Shown: in pieces, positions 29,030 through 39,008 of the stretch | How the letters are laid out: every line of letters starts with the position of its first letter | Position numbering within the stretch: the first letter of the stretch is position 1 | IMG/VR virus record: IMGVR_UViG_3300027733_000049 | Coordinates: 10,239-74,238 of that record | DNA: 64,000 nt | Direction: 5' to 3' (one strand) | From: a virus | Translations under genes and position numbers: made by a program | The notes under the pieces: generated by a model | Databases searched by the model: none | What the model was told of the DNA's origin: nothing | What the model saw: only the letters and a program-made list of their open reading frames with translations

Positions 29030-29307
29030 CAGAAGTTCAACCCGTAGAACGCTTGGATGTGGGCTTCAAAGTCTTTCTTATTAAAGATACCCATCTCACC
29101 CGTCTCACGGTAACCAATGCCAAACATCCCATCGGTTGTGTCCCATATTAGATAGTCACCAAACACGATGGCTTTACCCTGCGGTATGGTCTCAACACCA
29201 TAGTGTCCACGCATCTGCCCATCGGCAAGCACCTCACCAAATATTGGCGGTGCATCCCGTGCTACGTTTTCTAATCTTGTGTGTAATACATTCTTGATCT
29301 TACTCAT
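29029..29307 (-). CDS. hypothetical protein
   Basis: ATG at 29307 after GGAGG; coupled to polA. Confidence 0.6.
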   Translation of the reverse strand: MSKIKNVLHTRLENVARDAPPIFGEVLADGQMRGHYGVETIPQGKAIVFGDYLIWDTTDGMFGIGYRETGEMGIFNKKDFEAHIQAFYGLNF

Positions 29308-29308
29308 A

Positions 29309-29932
29309 TTAACCTCCAAACATTTCTTTAAGTGCGATGTGTAACGCACGGGCTTGCTTGACCGTCAGGCTATCAAGCACATCATCCACGCTCCATTCAG
29401 TAGGTTGCTCGACCTTTGTACTGTTAGCCTTGAACTTCTCTACCAAGTCTGAGATGGAATGGTTTTCGTACTGTACGAAACTCTTAGGCATTTCTTTCAT
29501 TGCCTTCTTCTGCTCCTTCACAGCACGGGCATGGGCGGCACGGGCTACCGCCTTACTACGTTCCTCTTTAGCTTTTGCCTGTAATGTTTTACGGTCTGCT
29601 TCAGGAATCACCGTGTACGCATAGACGTAACGCCCATCAATACGTTCTGTTGATTGCGAACGGGTAACATAAAACCTATCCGAAAACTGCTTGAGCATTG
29701 ATGATGTAAAACTCAACGGTACATCGGGATGTAACACCGACAACTTGTTACGTAATCCAATGCTAGTGATTCCCGGGTTCTGCTCAATAACCGCCAATAT
29801 ACGATTTGTTATAGAGCTTTGTTTCTTCTCGTCTTTAGTTGTGTTTACCACTTTAATTTCCTCCTGTTGTGATTGATCTTCCTCGTCCCACATTTGTAGA
29901 ACTTTCTTCATTTCGTCAGCTATTGATCCCAC
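29309..29932 (-). CDS. hypothetical protein, possible winged-helix DNA-binding domain
   Basis: ILAVIEQNPGITSIGLRNKL...SSMLKQF...VTR resembles a wHTH; contains one 17-bp palindrome. Confidence 0.55.
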   Translation of the reverse strand: MGSIADEMKKVLQMWDEEDQSQQEEIKVVNTTKDEKKQSSITNRILAVIEQNPGITSIGLRNKLSVLHPDVPLSFTSSMLKQFSDRFYVTRSQSTERIDGRYVYAYTVIPEADRKTLQAKAKEERSKAVARAAHARAVKEQKKAMKEMPKSFVQYENHSISDLVEKFKANSTKVEQPTEWSVDDVLDSLTVKQARALHIALKEMFGG

Positions 29933-30236
29933 TTTGATCCCTCCATTCTTGTGTGATGTGATCTAAAATTTCCTGAACTTCTATCAGGTTCTCCTCATTG
30001 ACGACAATGGCAAAGCCACCGGCATCTTTGATCTGCGCTATGTTTCTGTCTTGCAGTGCAGTGGTCTTGCCCTTGCCTGCTTTACATTCGATAGCAATAA
30101 ATCTTCCCATGTAGCAGGCAACAATGTCGGGTATACCTGCTGATCCATACCCCCCTGCTATTGGGTAGAAGCAATACGCCCCTGCATCTTTAAGCAAGGC
30201 TACTACTTTGGTCTTTACTTTTTTCTCGGGTGTCAT
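29916..30236 (-). CDS. VRR-NUC domain nuclease (putative Holliday junction resolvase)
   Basis: TPEKKVK...GIPDI...FIAIECKAG..T.LQ. Confidence 0.85.
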   Translation of the reverse strand: MTPEKKVKTKVVALLKDAGAYCFYPIAGGYGSAGIPDIVACYMGRFIAIECKAGKGKTTALQDRNIAQIKDAGGFAIVVNEENLIEVQEILDHITQEWRDQSGINS

Positions 30237-30408
30237 TCTCTACTCCTTTCAGTTGTGCTTCGTAATATTTCAAGGGTAACCTTGCCTTGGCTTTCAAGTG
30301 TTTGCGTAACCAATCAGCACCGCCCATGTCTTGAAATATCAACCAATCTAAATCTGACATCCGCACTTGGCGTCCTATTAGTGGCATTGGTGGTTTAGGT
30401 CTTGGCAT
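30190..30408 (-). CDS. small protein, possibly ribbon-helix-helix
   Basis: RQVRMSD.DW..F...GGADWLR. Confidence 0.5.
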   Translation of the reverse strand: MPRPKPPMPLIGRQVRMSDLDWLIFQDMGGADWLRKHLKAKARLPLKYYEAQLKGVENDTREKSKDQSSSLA

Positions 30409-30418
30409 TAGTTTCCTT

Positions 30419-31021
30419 TCAAATTTTCATAAGAGTTGTGTTGTCTCCGGTAGCTACTGTCGTGTAGCCCAATTCTTTGTACTTCAATATGGTGTCTACC
30501 ACTTCTTTGGGAGAGGTCAAAGAATTCGATTCAAATTTAATTATCTTTGCCGGTCTGCTTTTTTCTTTCTTGAGTACTTCCAAATAACTGGACAGAATCA
30601 CGCAGTCATGCCCTTCAGTATCTACCTTTAACAAAGCGCAGTCATCTACTTGATACATACCAAACAATGTCTCAACAGAATACATTGGGATTTGTTTAGA
30701 TGTGAACACATCAACTGGATCAATGTTTCTTTTTGTTAAAACTTTTACAACTGTGGGGTGATACGAACTGATACTGTTACAACCACGTACCCACCAAGGT
30801 AAGCCATGTTTGCTTATGACCTCTTCTGATAAATAAAATACTTCTGCCACACCATCGTGATCTGATATTGCGGATAGTACTTTATGCACATGGGGTTTAC
30901 ATGGCAACCTGTTAAGGTAATAAAGTATTGGATCGACTGACAGCCCTATTGAATCGTCCATACATTTTTGAATCACAGTATCAAAATCAGATGTACCTAT
31001 TTCAATAAAGTCATACTTCAT
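30419..31021 (-). CDS. FkbM-family SAM methyltransferase
   Basis: FIEIGTSDFD, SVDP, LLKVDTEGHD, IKFE. Confidence 0.75.
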   Translation of the reverse strand: MKYDFIEIGTSDFDTVIQKCMDDSIGLSVDPILYYLNRLPCKPHVHKVLSAISDHDGVAEVFYLSEEVISKHGLPWWVRGCNSISSYHPTVVKVLTKRNIDPVDVFTSKQIPMYSVETLFGMYQVDDCALLKVDTEGHDCVILSSYLEVLKKEKSRPAKIIKFESNSLTSPKEVVDTILKYKELGYTTVATGDNTTLMKI

Positions 31022-31221
31022 CGCTTCATACCTCTTACATAAGCGGCAAAACTCATAGCAGTATCACCAAAGTATTTCATGGCATCAAACTCCTTGGCAA
31101 CTTCTTCTATCGTGGCGTTGCGTATCTCATCTACCAACCCAACCTTTACGGTATGTTCTTTGTCACGGTAATCGTAGTGTGCGCAACCACGTTCCCAACA
31201 ACCTTTGTCCATTAGCGTCAT
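31018..31221 (-). CDS. hypothetical protein
   Basis: ATGA-coupled ORF. Confidence 0.55.
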   Translation of the reverse strand: MTLMDKGCWERGCAHYDYRDKEHTVKVGLVDEIRNATIEEVAKEFDAMKYFGDTAMSFAAYVRGMKR

Positions 31222-31541
31222 GTGTTCTTCTCCTTGAGTTTGGCTTCAATGGCTCGGGCAAATTCAAACCTGTTTGCGTATGGCATCGTATTACTGATGG
31301 CAAATATTTCCGCATCATCCGTCAGCCCTACCCACTTACGTTCAGGCAATGGATGCCCTGCGTGTTTGTAGGCTTCGTCACGCCAAAGTTGCGCTCGTTG
31401 TTTGTTGTACTCACAGCTTGGGCAAGGGCGCACGTATTCTTGAATGTCATCATCCTCCATAGTTATCTGCATTTGTATTTGTCGTTTACGCCAACCACTT
31501 TGAATCTTCTCAACATCTTCGGGTGTGTGTGATCTTTTCAT
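31218..31541 (-). CDS. hypothetical protein (WVGLTD...ARAIEAKLKEKN type)
   Basis: Coupled ORF with a motif common in small phage early genes. Confidence 0.55.
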   Translation of the reverse strand: MKRSHTPEDVEKIQSGWRKRQIQMQITMEDDDIQEYVRPCPSCEYNKQRAQLWRDEAYKHAGHPLPERKWVGLTDDAEIFAISNTMPYANRFEFARAIEAKLKEKNT

Positions 31542-31562
31542 CTTGGTGCATCCTCATGGTTA

Positions 31563-32567
31563 TCAGGGTTGAACTTCGGTTGCTTCGTACCCTTGTCTTT
31601 CGGGTTCGGAAACGGGGGGAACGGTGGTGTCATTCTTTTTCTCCTCTTCCCAAGCGGTTCGCAATGCTCTACCACTTAGCTTTTTGTTTAAATAATCTAT
31701 GCCTGAAAATTCAATGTACTCTTGCATGGTGCGTACTCTGCCTAACCCATACACTCCCATATCTTTACCGTTAACCAAATCTTCAAGCCGCCTTGTTGTA
31801 CGCTTTTGTAATTCACCCCAATGTACAACTCGTTCTTGGGTAATATCTTTATCCCAGTGCCTCGGACGCTCCCCATACAAATGGTGCATAGGAAGGTGTG
31901 GCACATGAAATATGTCGTAGCCATGCGTAAATGCTCTTAACGCCATGGCTTGTTCCTCTCCATTGAAATACATATACGGGTCGTATGGCACATCGTACAC
32001 AAACTTACCCTGTGTAAAAAGGCAACCACCCGCAAGGTGTATCCCACGAATCGGTGTATCACGCTTAACTCTCGTTGCTACAAACTTCAGCTTCGAATGT
32101 TTAGGTTCGAACTGTTGTGCTTTGGATGAAACAATATGTACCAACACCTCCCTGCACATACGCCTCACAATCTTTCCCTCCTTGCGTTCAAACGATGCAG
32201 GGTAACTAGACACTATGCACTTGGGGTTTATCTTTGCACACTCGGTAGCGGCATTGATTAACTTCTCATCCCAATCTTGGTCGAATACTGAATGAGCATC
32301 GATCTGAAAGAACCAATCCTCATCGTTGTACATCGCCATACATAATGACCTTGCCCAACACGCACCTCGAGATTCTCTTGGATCAATACCAACATACTGA
32401 ATCTTCTTGCTCAGTGCATCGCTCACCTTGAGTCGCTCGTTTTCATACGCTTGTTCTACAACACCAAACGACAAACCATTTGGGTCTTTCGCCTTATTCA
32501 ATGCTTGCAGTACGGTGTGTTTAAGCATCTCATCTCGGTAGGATGCGATGCTGATGTAGATGCTCAT
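31563..32567 (-). CDS. GT60-like polypeptide/hydroxyproline GlcNAc transferase
   Basis: IYISIASYRD, SRGACWAR, QIDAHSVF, VPYDP..YFNGEE, RAFTHGYDIF. Confidence 0.8.
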   Translation of the reverse strand: MSIYISIASYRDEMLKHTVLQALNKAKDPNGLSFGVVEQAYENERLKVSDALSKKIQYVGIDPRESRGACWARSLCMAMYNDEDWFFQIDAHSVFDQDWDEKLINAATECAKINPKCIVSSYPASFERKEGKIVRRMCREVLVHIVSSKAQQFEPKHSKLKFVATRVKRDTPIRGIHLAGGCLFTQGKFVYDVPYDPYMYFNGEEQAMALRAFTHGYDIFHVPHLPMHHLYGERPRHWDKDITQERVVHWGELQKRTTRRLEDLVNGKDMGVYGLGRVRTMQEYIEFSGIDYLNKKLSGRALRTAWEEEKKNDTTVPPVSEPERQGYEATEVQP

Positions 32568-32755
32568 TGGTTGTTTGCTTCCCGCATTATGTCGTTGATA
32601 ATTTTCTTGATCTTTCCATACGCATCTGCCTTGGTGTATGGCATCTGCAATATGCTTTCGATCTCACGCAAAGCGTCATAGTATTCACCACCCTTCATTG
32701 CGTGCTGTAACTTATCCTCGTCCTCGGGGTAGGCAAATTCAAGTACTGCTTTCAT
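32564..32755 (-). CDS. hypothetical protein
   Basis: MKAVLEFAYPED small ORF, coupled. Confidence 0.6.
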   Translation of the reverse strand: MKAVLEFAYPEDEDKLQHAMKGGEYYDALREIESILQMPYTKADAYGKIKKIINDIMREANNQ

Positions 32756-32930
32756 TTACTCTCTCGCTTATTGGTGTCCACCCAAACCGTTTCCATGTGG
32801 CTTGCACATCTGCACCAGTTGTCCACACATATCGTGGATCATTGGCAGGAATGGTTGGCTCTGTGCGCTTAGAGAAAGGCACGGGGGGTAGTGGTATAGC
32901 AGGGTACGTATATTTAGGCTGTGCGCTCAT
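32739..32930 (-). CDS. hypothetical protein
   Basis: AAGGAG RBS; DVQATWKRFGWTP. Confidence 0.6.
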   Translation of the reverse strand: MSAQPKYTYPAIPLPPVPFSKRTEPTIPANDPRYVWTTGADVQATWKRFGWTPISERVNESST

Positions 32931-33225
32931 GTTGATCTCCTTCTTCTATGTAATACAAACGGTCGTGGACTTTGAATCCAACGCCCTTAATTAAGTTTCC
33001 CTCGGGTGCTATCCGCAAGATAGACACCGCCTCCATGATCCATCGTTCAACATCCTCTTGCGGGATATTTTTTCTTATCTTATTGTCATTAACACTTGGC
33101 ATTGTAAAGTCTACTACATCAAATGTACCATCGTCATTGATAGAAACCCTATAACTATCACCTTTTGTTTCTATCATGTTGATCATTACTTCCATCCAAA
33201 CATCCTTAGCTTCTTTGTAGTTCAT
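32914..33225 (-). CDS. hypothetical protein
   Basis: ATGA-coupled; C terminus resembles that of the upstream gene. Confidence 0.6.
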   Translation of the reverse strand: MNYKEAKDVWMEVMINMIETKGDSYRVSINDDGTFDVVDFTMPSVNDNKIRKNIPQEDVERWIMEAVSILRIAPEGNLIKGVGFKVHDRLYYIEEGDQHERTA

Positions 33226-34103
33226 ACGAACACCCAGTACTTATCATTGTCGATCTTGTAGCCAACATCCATGAGTGCAGTCTTACTACCTTCGTTGATC
33301 TGCAACACCGCAATCTTATCCCTGATACTCTCAGGAACATCTTGTAGGTTGAACACTACGGTAGGCTCAGTGTCTCCCTCGTAGCGATACTCAACCTTAT
33401 CGGTCTTAGCCCACACAAAACACTTGCGTGGTTTGTAGTTATCCATAGCTTGTAACTCTGCACCTTGCTCTCTCAAGATGTGTAGGCTTTTCCTAAATGA
33501 TTCTGTGGCGGGGGTATAGCCTGCTTGCACCATGAAATGCAACTCTTTAAGTATGTCGTCCCTCTGCATACGGGACGCTTCATACAACTTGTTCTGTGCA
33601 GGTTCTTTCATGTTGGCTATCGCACGCTCTAGATCAACGCCTGTCGATGCTACTACTTCAGTAAATGATTTAGGCTTGAGATACTGAAGTGCGTTCTTCA
33701 CACCATTGGCAAACTTCTTGGTTGTCTTGATGCGATACCCCTCGCTGTACGATGCGTACTTCTCATTCATGATGCGGTCGGACTCCACAACATACATCAT
33801 TTCTTTCTTGTCATTTAACTCAAGACCAATCTTACCAACACGCACAGTTGGGCAGTCCCTATACGCAACCGCTAAGTCTGCAAATACAAAGTACTCCAAG
33901 CCGTTGTACCGTGCGGGGCGGTAATCAGTATGCACAATCATGTCGGATCGTTTGTACTTGATCTCGTTATAGAACTTCAAGAGTGTGCCTGTCACGGGAA
34001 TATCACCAAGCCAAAACCCGTGGTTGTTTTGCTTGGCAGTATCAATGAGCGACACCAAACGGTCGTACTCGTATGTACCTTTGTAATCGTCTTTGCTAAT
34101 CAT
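33222..34103 (-). CDS. hypothetical protein
   Basis: Long ORF; ATG at 34103 after GGAGGG. Confidence 0.75.
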   Translation of the reverse strand: MISKDDYKGTYEYDRLVSLIDTAKQNNHGFWLGDIPVTGTLLKFYNEIKYKRSDMIVHTDYRPARYNGLEYFVFADLAVAYRDCPTVRVGKIGLELNDKKEMMYVVESDRIMNEKYASYSEGYRIKTTKKFANGVKNALQYLKPKSFTEVVASTGVDLERAIANMKEPAQNKLYEASRMQRDDILKELHFMVQAGYTPATESFRKSLHILREQGAELQAMDNYKPRKCFVWAKTDKVEYRYEGDTEPTVVFNLQDVPESIRDKIAVLQINEGSKTALMDVGYKIDNDKYWVFV

Positions 34104-34105
34104 GA

Positions 34106-34207
34106 TTAAGCCCTCCAATAAAATAAATCTAACAACACAACAACTAGACCGAGTAAAAATACTACTCGCTCTACCTTATCAATCCATGTCCAGTTATTCC
34201 AACTCAT
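34106..34207 (-). CDS. 33-aa membrane peptide, not in the ORF track
   Basis: MSWNNWTWIDKVERVVFLLGLVVVLLDLFYWRA; ATGA overlap with upstream gene, fills the gap. Confidence 0.55.
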   Translation of the reverse strand: MSWNNWTWIDKVERVVFLLGLVVVLLDLFYWRA

Positions 34208-35181
34208 TTGACTCTCCTTCCATTTGAATAAAACGGTACGCCTACATCCACTGCCACTTGTTTGTATGGTTTTGTTAGTCGATATAGATACTCACCACGC
34301 AACCTACTCTCAAGATGCTCACGGTCAGGGTATGTAGGTTCTGACACATGATTACTACCTGACCAAGTATGCTTCCACCTAGTATGTATAACAAACATCG
34401 CCTCAACTGCGTGCATCCACTTCTCACCAAACTCTTCGCCTTCGTTACGCACCAACCAATCGGCTTTGTCTAAAAGTTCATCCATGCTGTGCTTAAATCG
34501 CCAATCTCTGTTCTCATTCTCGGGTGTTACAAACGGACTCATGATCTCGTAGTAATTTAAGAACGGCTCAAGTTCTTGGTACACCTTCTTAACTTTCTCA
34601 CGATCAATCAACAACTTGTGTTCGGGTATGCCACCAATAACTTCGTAGAATGTTTTACCCTCACGTTCGTACGGTACGAAAGTCATTCTCTGCCCATCTT
34701 GGTAATAGTAGTTCTTCGAGCCATCGGGTTGATCTGCACACACATATTGTTTAGAACCAAACTTAACGTAACTAAGCCCTCTTGGAAACAACGCGCCTAA
34801 CATACCCCATGTAGTGTATGTGTGCATCCATTTAGGTGTGAACTCAAAACGCCCATCGGGGCAAACCATCAATACTGGATAGTAATCTTCAGCGTACCCT
34901 GTCACAGTAACTTTGCCTGTCGCTTGATCTCGTGAATGATTTGCATAGACCGAGCAAAACGCCATGCCGTACTTGTCACCCTCTTTACGCCATATCTCGA
35001 ACGTACGATGACGATCAGTCAATGGACGATGATCTGTCATGCCATGCTTTACACGCTGACCAATCAATGGCTTGACGCTCTCATACTTCTTTTTGGTTGT
35101 CTCGTAATCAACCATGCAGATGTTGTACCCACGATAACCAAGCCTATCGTAAACACTAGAAGGTTCCGGTAATTTTTTCAT
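34204..35181 (-). CDS. hypothetical early protein
   Basis: 325-aa ORF, AAAGGAA RBS. Confidence 0.8.
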   Translation of the reverse strand: MKKLPEPSSVYDRLGYRGYNICMVDYETTKKKYESVKPLIGQRVKHGMTDHRPLTDRHRTFEIWRKEGDKYGMAFCSVYANHSRDQATGKVTVTGYAEDYYPVLMVCPDGRFEFTPKWMHTYTTWGMLGALFPRGLSYVKFGSKQYVCADQPDGSKNYYYQDGQRMTFVPYEREGKTFYEVIGGIPEHKLLIDREKVKKVYQELEPFLNYYEIMSPFVTPENENRDWRFKHSMDELLDKADWLVRNEGEEFGEKWMHAVEAMFVIHTRWKHTWSGSNHVSEPTYPDREHLESRLRGEYLYRLTKPYKQVAVDVGVPFYSNGRRVK

Positions 35182-35253
35182 GATGTTCCTTTCAAAAAAT
35201 AATGAATGGGAAGTTTCGTACTGTACGAAACCGCCCTCAGAGATACCTGTAAC

Positions 35254-36435
35254 TTAGTCAACGTAGATGACTGCACCAGTAGTAGGTGTGGGCTTGTACC
35301 CACCGACAACACACCACAAGACGGGATGTTCCCACTTGCCCCAACTACCGACATAACCATCGGTCAACACGACAACACACTCGGGCTTGATGCCACGTTC
35401 CTTGATGTACACGGGGATACACGCAGGATCAGTACCACCGCCACCCGCAGGCTTAGTTGATGACACCAATTTATCTTGGTGATCACGGTCATATACTTCA
35501 TGACCTGCAACCTCTGTGTCCCAGTACAACAGATCAACAAGTTCAGGTGAGACGTTGGCACAGATAGCCTGCACCTCAGTCAGAAACTTGTTCACCTCTG
35601 TATCACCAATAGAGCCTGACATATCGACACCAATTACGATACGCCCCATGCTCTCGGACACAGTAGAGGGCATATACATATCGTGCTGTAACCATCTACG
35701 ATTAACACGTTGCCATGTGGATATATCCTTACCCACAGCCAATGATGAGATGAAGTCACGCAACTGTTCACGCCAGTCAACCTTGGGTTCGAGCAACGCA
35801 CCGATCTCACGGGACAAGTTACCACCCATCTTGCCTGCATGGATTTGACCTTGACGGATTGCTTGGTTCACCTCTTTGATGTGATCCTCAATCTCTTGCT
35901 GTGTCATGTCGCCTGTGTCCCAATCGTGTGAGTCAAAGCCACCTGCACCCTCATCACCATCTTCACCGCCACCACCCCCACCGCCTTGCTTGAGGATGTT
36001 GAATACTTCCTGTGAGTCCATGCCACGGAACTTCTCGCTGAGTAAGCCCATCTTAGGTAATACAACAAACCCATTCGTTGCCTTCTCAATGTCCTTGATG
36101 ATGAGGTTGATCACATAGTCACAAGCCATGTTCGCACACTTAGCGTGTTCCTCATACAGATGCTTCCACAAGAACGTATGCTGAAACAACTTGTGTAGAT
36201 TCTCATGCAAGATAACGCCACGCAACTCAGCATCGGGCAGAGCTTCAACAAACTCTTTGCCATAGATACAGTCGATGCCGTTGGTGCAAGCTGTTGGCAC
36301 AGTCTCATCTACACGGTACTTGCCTACCATAATGACGCCTGCATACTCCATCGTTGCCTTGTGTGCCATTAACTCCACATGAGCACGCTCAATGCGCTTA
36401 AGCGCAGTTAGAGATTGTGTTGCTGTTATAAACAT
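35254..36435 (-). CDS. metallopeptidase-vWA protein (DUF2201-like)
   Basis: TACTNG, LHENLH (HExxH), N.ACD..IN, MIDAS DMSGS, GGGTD, LTDG. Confidence 0.85.
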   Translation of the reverse strand: MFITATQSLTALKRIERAHVELMAHKATMEYAGVIMVGKYRVDETVPTACTNGIDCIYGKEFVEALPDAELRGVILHENLHKLFQHTFLWKHLYEEHAKCANMACDYVINLIIKDIEKATNGFVVLPKMGLLSEKFRGMDSQEVFNILKQGGGGGGGEDGDEGAGGFDSHDWDTGDMTQQEIEDHIKEVNQAIRQGQIHAGKMGGNLSREIGALLEPKVDWREQLRDFISSLAVGKDISTWQRVNRRWLQHDMYMPSTVSESMGRIVIGVDMSGSIGDTEVNKFLTEVQAICANVSPELVDLLYWDTEVAGHEVYDRDHQDKLVSSTKPAGGGGTDPACIPVYIKERGIKPECVVVLTDGYVGSWGKWEHPVLWCVVGGYKPTPTTGAVIYVD

Positions 36436-36511
36436 AATGATTTCCTTTCATGGTTAAAGATGTTGGGGGGCTTTCGTACTGTACGAAAGGGGTCCCCACG
36501 ATTTACTACTA

Positions 36512-37591
36512 TTACTTACGAGCAAACAAGTAATTGTTGTCAGCCGCCCACTTAGCGAATCTAGGATTCGTTGCCGCAATCGTACGCTTGGGACACATAT
36601 CGGACATGACGCTACGAGCGAACAAGCCTTGTGCTTCCTTAGACATACGAGGTAAGAACTGCATCCAAGCATCCATCGTGGACTTCTCAATGCGCTGTAC
36701 CGCTTTGGCAATCAACATACAACCCGCAGGGGCAGATGTAGGTACAGTCGCAGTAGTTGGAGACTTGATAAGGTCATCCCAGTTAGTCAACTGCGTATCC
36801 AACTTAATCATGGTCAACAAGTTGTGCATTGCCTTCTCACCTACTGTACCCTTCAGGGCATGACACATCACATCGTCACCCAAGATCATGGTGCGCTTGA
36901 TAACATCCGATGCTGTCTCTAAAGATCTTGGTGTAACGAACGCCATACGCACATCACGGGGATCATTGATGTATGTGTTCTGACGTGGATCTTCGTAGTC
37001 CTCGAACGATGCCAACATCTCAGGGAACTCTTGCACAGTCGCAATGACCACAGGGTGAAAGCCATTGTTGATGCCGTACTGCATAACTTCTTCAGCATTA
37101 GGCTTGCCAACACGAACCTGAATCACACGGTTACGAGCATGGGGCGGTACGTTATCACCGATACCTTCTATCGATAAGTTGGTAGTCGCAAACACAATAC
37201 CATCCAAGTCCCATATACCCAATGAACGCTCTTGCATAAGACGCAGGCAGGCATTGAGTACACCGCCCTTGGCTTTGCCGATCTCATCGAGCATCATCAC
37301 AACCTTCTTACCCTTGAAGTGCAAACCGAATTCCTCATTAGGCACAAAGCGGCACACCTCAACACCATCAATGTCCTTGATCTTGGGAACCATGAAGTCA
37401 CCAACATCTTTGGTAGTGATGTCAACGTAGCAAAAGAAATGATCCTTCAACTCAGGCTTGTTGCGTAGCATCTTCAGGATAGATGACTTACCAATACCCA
37501 TCTCACCTTGCGCTAAGACGGTACGCACATCACCAACAGCCGCAATCAAGTCAGCAGTTTGTGACAGGGACAAAGATTTATACATAGACAT
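36512..37591 (-). CDS. MoxR-like AAA+ ATPase
   Basis: Walker A GEMGIGKS, Walker B MLDE, ATTN, RNR, TPRS. Confidence 0.8.
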   Translation of the reverse strand: MSMYKSLSLSQTADLIAAVGDVRTVLAQGEMGIGKSSILKMLRNKPELKDHFFCYVDITTKDVGDFMVPKIKDIDGVEVCRFVPNEEFGLHFKGKKVVMMLDEIGKAKGGVLNACLRLMQERSLGIWDLDGIVFATTNLSIEGIGDNVPPHARNRVIQVRVGKPNAEEVMQYGINNGFHPVVIATVQEFPEMLASFEDYEDPRQNTYINDPRDVRMAFVTPRSLETASDVIKRTMILGDDVMCHALKGTVGEKAMHNLLTMIKLDTQLTNWDDLIKSPTTATVPTSAPAGCMLIAKAVQRIEKSTMDAWMQFLPRMSKEAQGLFARSVMSDMCPKRTIAATNPRFAKWAADNNYLFARK

Positions 37592-37689
37592 GGTTGATTC
37601 CTTTCAAAGAATTAAAAAACAACTTACACAATAAAACAACTAACACACAAGGGCAAGTTTCGTACAGTACGAAACCGCCCACCCATAAC

Positions 37690-38559
37690 TTACAGAGAGA
37701 ACTTGTCGAGCAACGCATCGACCTTGTTCTTGGTTTGCTCACGCAACATATCTGATTCACGCAATGACTGTGCATCTACATGACGCATGGTGTCCTCCAA
37801 CTCCATACGCATGGCTTCCAACTTCAGATCACCACCGATGTTGAAGTGCTTGAGCAACTGACACAACTCAACAGCGTTATCTACAAGCGAGTCACGAAAG
37901 ATTTTGCGCTTGCCATCTTCGGTATCACCAAGTCGCTCTGACATGGCAGTCAACACACCATGCAACCTATCCCACGCATCACGCATTGCATCGTTGAGCC
38001 GTGATGACAGCACACCTTCGTAATGATCCTGCATCTCACGCAAGCCTTCCTCACCAATGTCTACACGAAAGTCACCTGCCATAGGCAATGGTGTAAACGC
38101 ATATCGAAAGCCGAACTTGCCCACGATCTGATCACGGTGCGGATAGTCCTCACGATTGAATAGATCACCAAGTTGAAAAGCCGCCGCCGCAACAAGCGTG
38201 TCGTACTCATTAAGAAAGTTGTTGACAGATGTTGCGAACTGCGTCTCGTACTCGGACAGCCGTGACTTGTAGTCAATGAACGATGCCATGTTCAGCACAC
38301 GATCACCGTTGTCACCCCATGGCTGTGTCACCGTGTAGTGCCATGTACGAATCGCACTCGCAACTTTGTTGATCTCCTCCAACTTACCCGAACCTGCTAA
38401 TAGGTTCTTGTTGTAGTTGCCCGCCCGAGTCTTGGTGCTGTTTTGTTGGTCAACTTCTTCAGAGACACGCTTGTCCAACTTACGCCCAGTCCATACGGAC
38501 ATAGACAGATTCACGATCAGGGCAGAGCCTGACAACTTAGATACGTTTACTTGTTCCAT
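37690..38559 (-). CDS. hypothetical protein (DUF3150-like, from recall)
   Basis: WTGRKLD, T.PW...G.R.L, LGDLFNREDYP; first gene after the 38654-38682 promoter. Confidence 0.65.
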   Translation of the reverse strand: MEQVNVSKLSGSALIVNLSMSVWTGRKLDKRVSEEVDQQNSTKTRAGNYNKNLLAGSGKLEEINKVASAIRTWHYTVTQPWGDNGDRVLNMASFIDYKSRLSEYETQFATSVNNFLNEYDTLVAAAAFQLGDLFNREDYPHRDQIVGKFGFRYAFTPLPMAGDFRVDIGEEGLREMQDHYEGVLSSRLNDAMRDAWDRLHGVLTAMSERLGDTEDGKRKIFRDSLVDNAVELCQLLKHFNIGGDLKLEAMRMELEDTMRHVDAQSLRESDMLREQTKNKVDALLDKFSL

Positions 38560-38653
38560 GATATTTCCCTTTCATGTTTCATTACATTTCAATATGCTTT
38601 CGTACCGTACGAAACCACATCACCTTACACACAATACTACCTAACCAACCTAT

Positions 38654-38682
38654 ATTATAACAGATCAACATAGCTATGTCAA
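38654..38682 (-). promoter_or_regulatory. consensus sigma70 promoter
   Basis: TTGACA-17-TATAAT, exact, on the - strand. Confidence 0.85.
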
Positions 38683-38686
38683 TCTA

Positions 38687-38887
38687 TCACTTACTGGCAC
38701 GTGATTCAACTTCAGCCCGTGCCTTCTTGCACTCACGCACAAACGTCTCCCGATCCTCATCGTTGTCGATGAAGTGCGTAATAAATTTGCGTGCGGCATG
38801 AACTTCCCGCTTGGCGTCAATCAAGAAACCTGTAACCAGTACAGCCCACCCCAACAACACCAACTCAATCAATGTGAACTCAATCAT
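38687..38887 (-). CDS. small membrane protein
   Basis: GGAGG RBS; N-terminal TM helix. Confidence 0.6.
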   Translation of the reverse strand: MIEFTLIELVLLGWAVLVTGFLIDAKREVHAARKFITHFIDNDEDRETFVRECKKARAEVESRASK

Positions 38888-39008
38888 GCTTACCTCCATT
38901 TAAGTTGTTACGTATTACCCACCGAGCGTCAATGCGACTAGCAAACCATTTGCTCAATCGTTGGCACTCGTACCCTTCACACTCATCCTGCAATAACCCG
39001 TACGTCAT
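38880..39008 (-). CDS. 42-aa hypothetical protein, not in the ORF track
   Basis: MTYGLLQDEC...LSKWFASRIDAR; ATGA coupling, GGAGG RBS. Confidence 0.5.
   Translation of the reverse strand: MTYGLLQDECEGYECQRLSKWFASRIDARWVIRNNLNGGKHD

Noticed and set aside
31538-31633. 31-aa Pro-rich ORF overlapping the GT60 3' end
   Set aside because: ATGA coupling is plausible, but it is very short and overlaps by 71 nt; support is insufficient
38660-38684. dif-like site (ACATAGCTATGTCAAT)
   Set aside because: Only a loose XerD-arm resemblance, no XerC arm, and it is explained by the promoter -35 region
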